From assembly GCF_001194135.2 (NCBI RefSeq), contig NC_068991.1, forward strand, positions 47,362,714 to 47,426,713: a stretch of 64,000 nucleotides of DNA, written 5' to 3'. The notes beneath the pieces were generated by a model. The model ran no database searches, was not told the DNA's origin, and saw only the letters and a program-made list of their open reading frames with translations. The DNA comes from Octopus bimaculoides (taxonomy: Eukaryota). This document shows positions 63,785 to 64,000 of this stretch, piece by piece (within the stretch, counting starts at the first letter, position 1; every line of letters starts with the position of its first letter). A program made the translations under genes and the position numbers.

Positions 63785-64000
63785 CAATCACTTAAATACA
63801 ACCTGTAAGTCGTAAGTGGAAAAATAAAAATACGCAAGATTTTTCTAAAATTCAATACGCAACACACATCGCTTATGCCGACCAAATTACAGCAACGGAC
63901 CTTTGCTTCTTAATTAGAAATCAGCTCCTTGCATATAAGAAGAATTCAAATAATTAATAAGAAGATATCACACACACACACACACACACACATGCATAGA

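Overview
AT-rich, microsatellite-dense animal genomic DNA with five N gaps. The SINE/LINE repertoire suggests an octopus or other coleoid cephalopod (inference). Two protein-coding genes lie in tandem on the minus strand. (1) A complete 5-coding-exon ZNF839-like gene: 52806-50907, 34264-34118, 32297-31876, 29579-29331, 26980-25415; all GT-AG with matching phases; 4284 nt, about 1427 aa. (2) The first coding exon (6104-5999) and core promoter of a RalGAP alpha subunit gene (RALGAPA), whose later exons I could not find in 1-5998. The rest is mostly decayed mobile DNA: six Tc1/mariner elements, piggyBac- and hAT-type MITEs, a foldback element, a Helitron Rep fragment, HERO, R4/Dong-like, RTE and CR1-like LINE remnants, and at least four modular tRNA-SINE families. 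I found no rRNA, bona fide tRNA or CRISPR array, and no clearly new multi-gene system. The best leads are: a duplicated in-phase stop-containing cryptic exon pair in ZNF839-like intron 1; a CpG-decay pattern hinting at hidden transcription between the two genes; a REL-type LINE sitting in a SINE-borne microsatellite; a mariner with two 5' ends; and a chimeric templated junction. All similarity calls are from memory of the families, not database searches.
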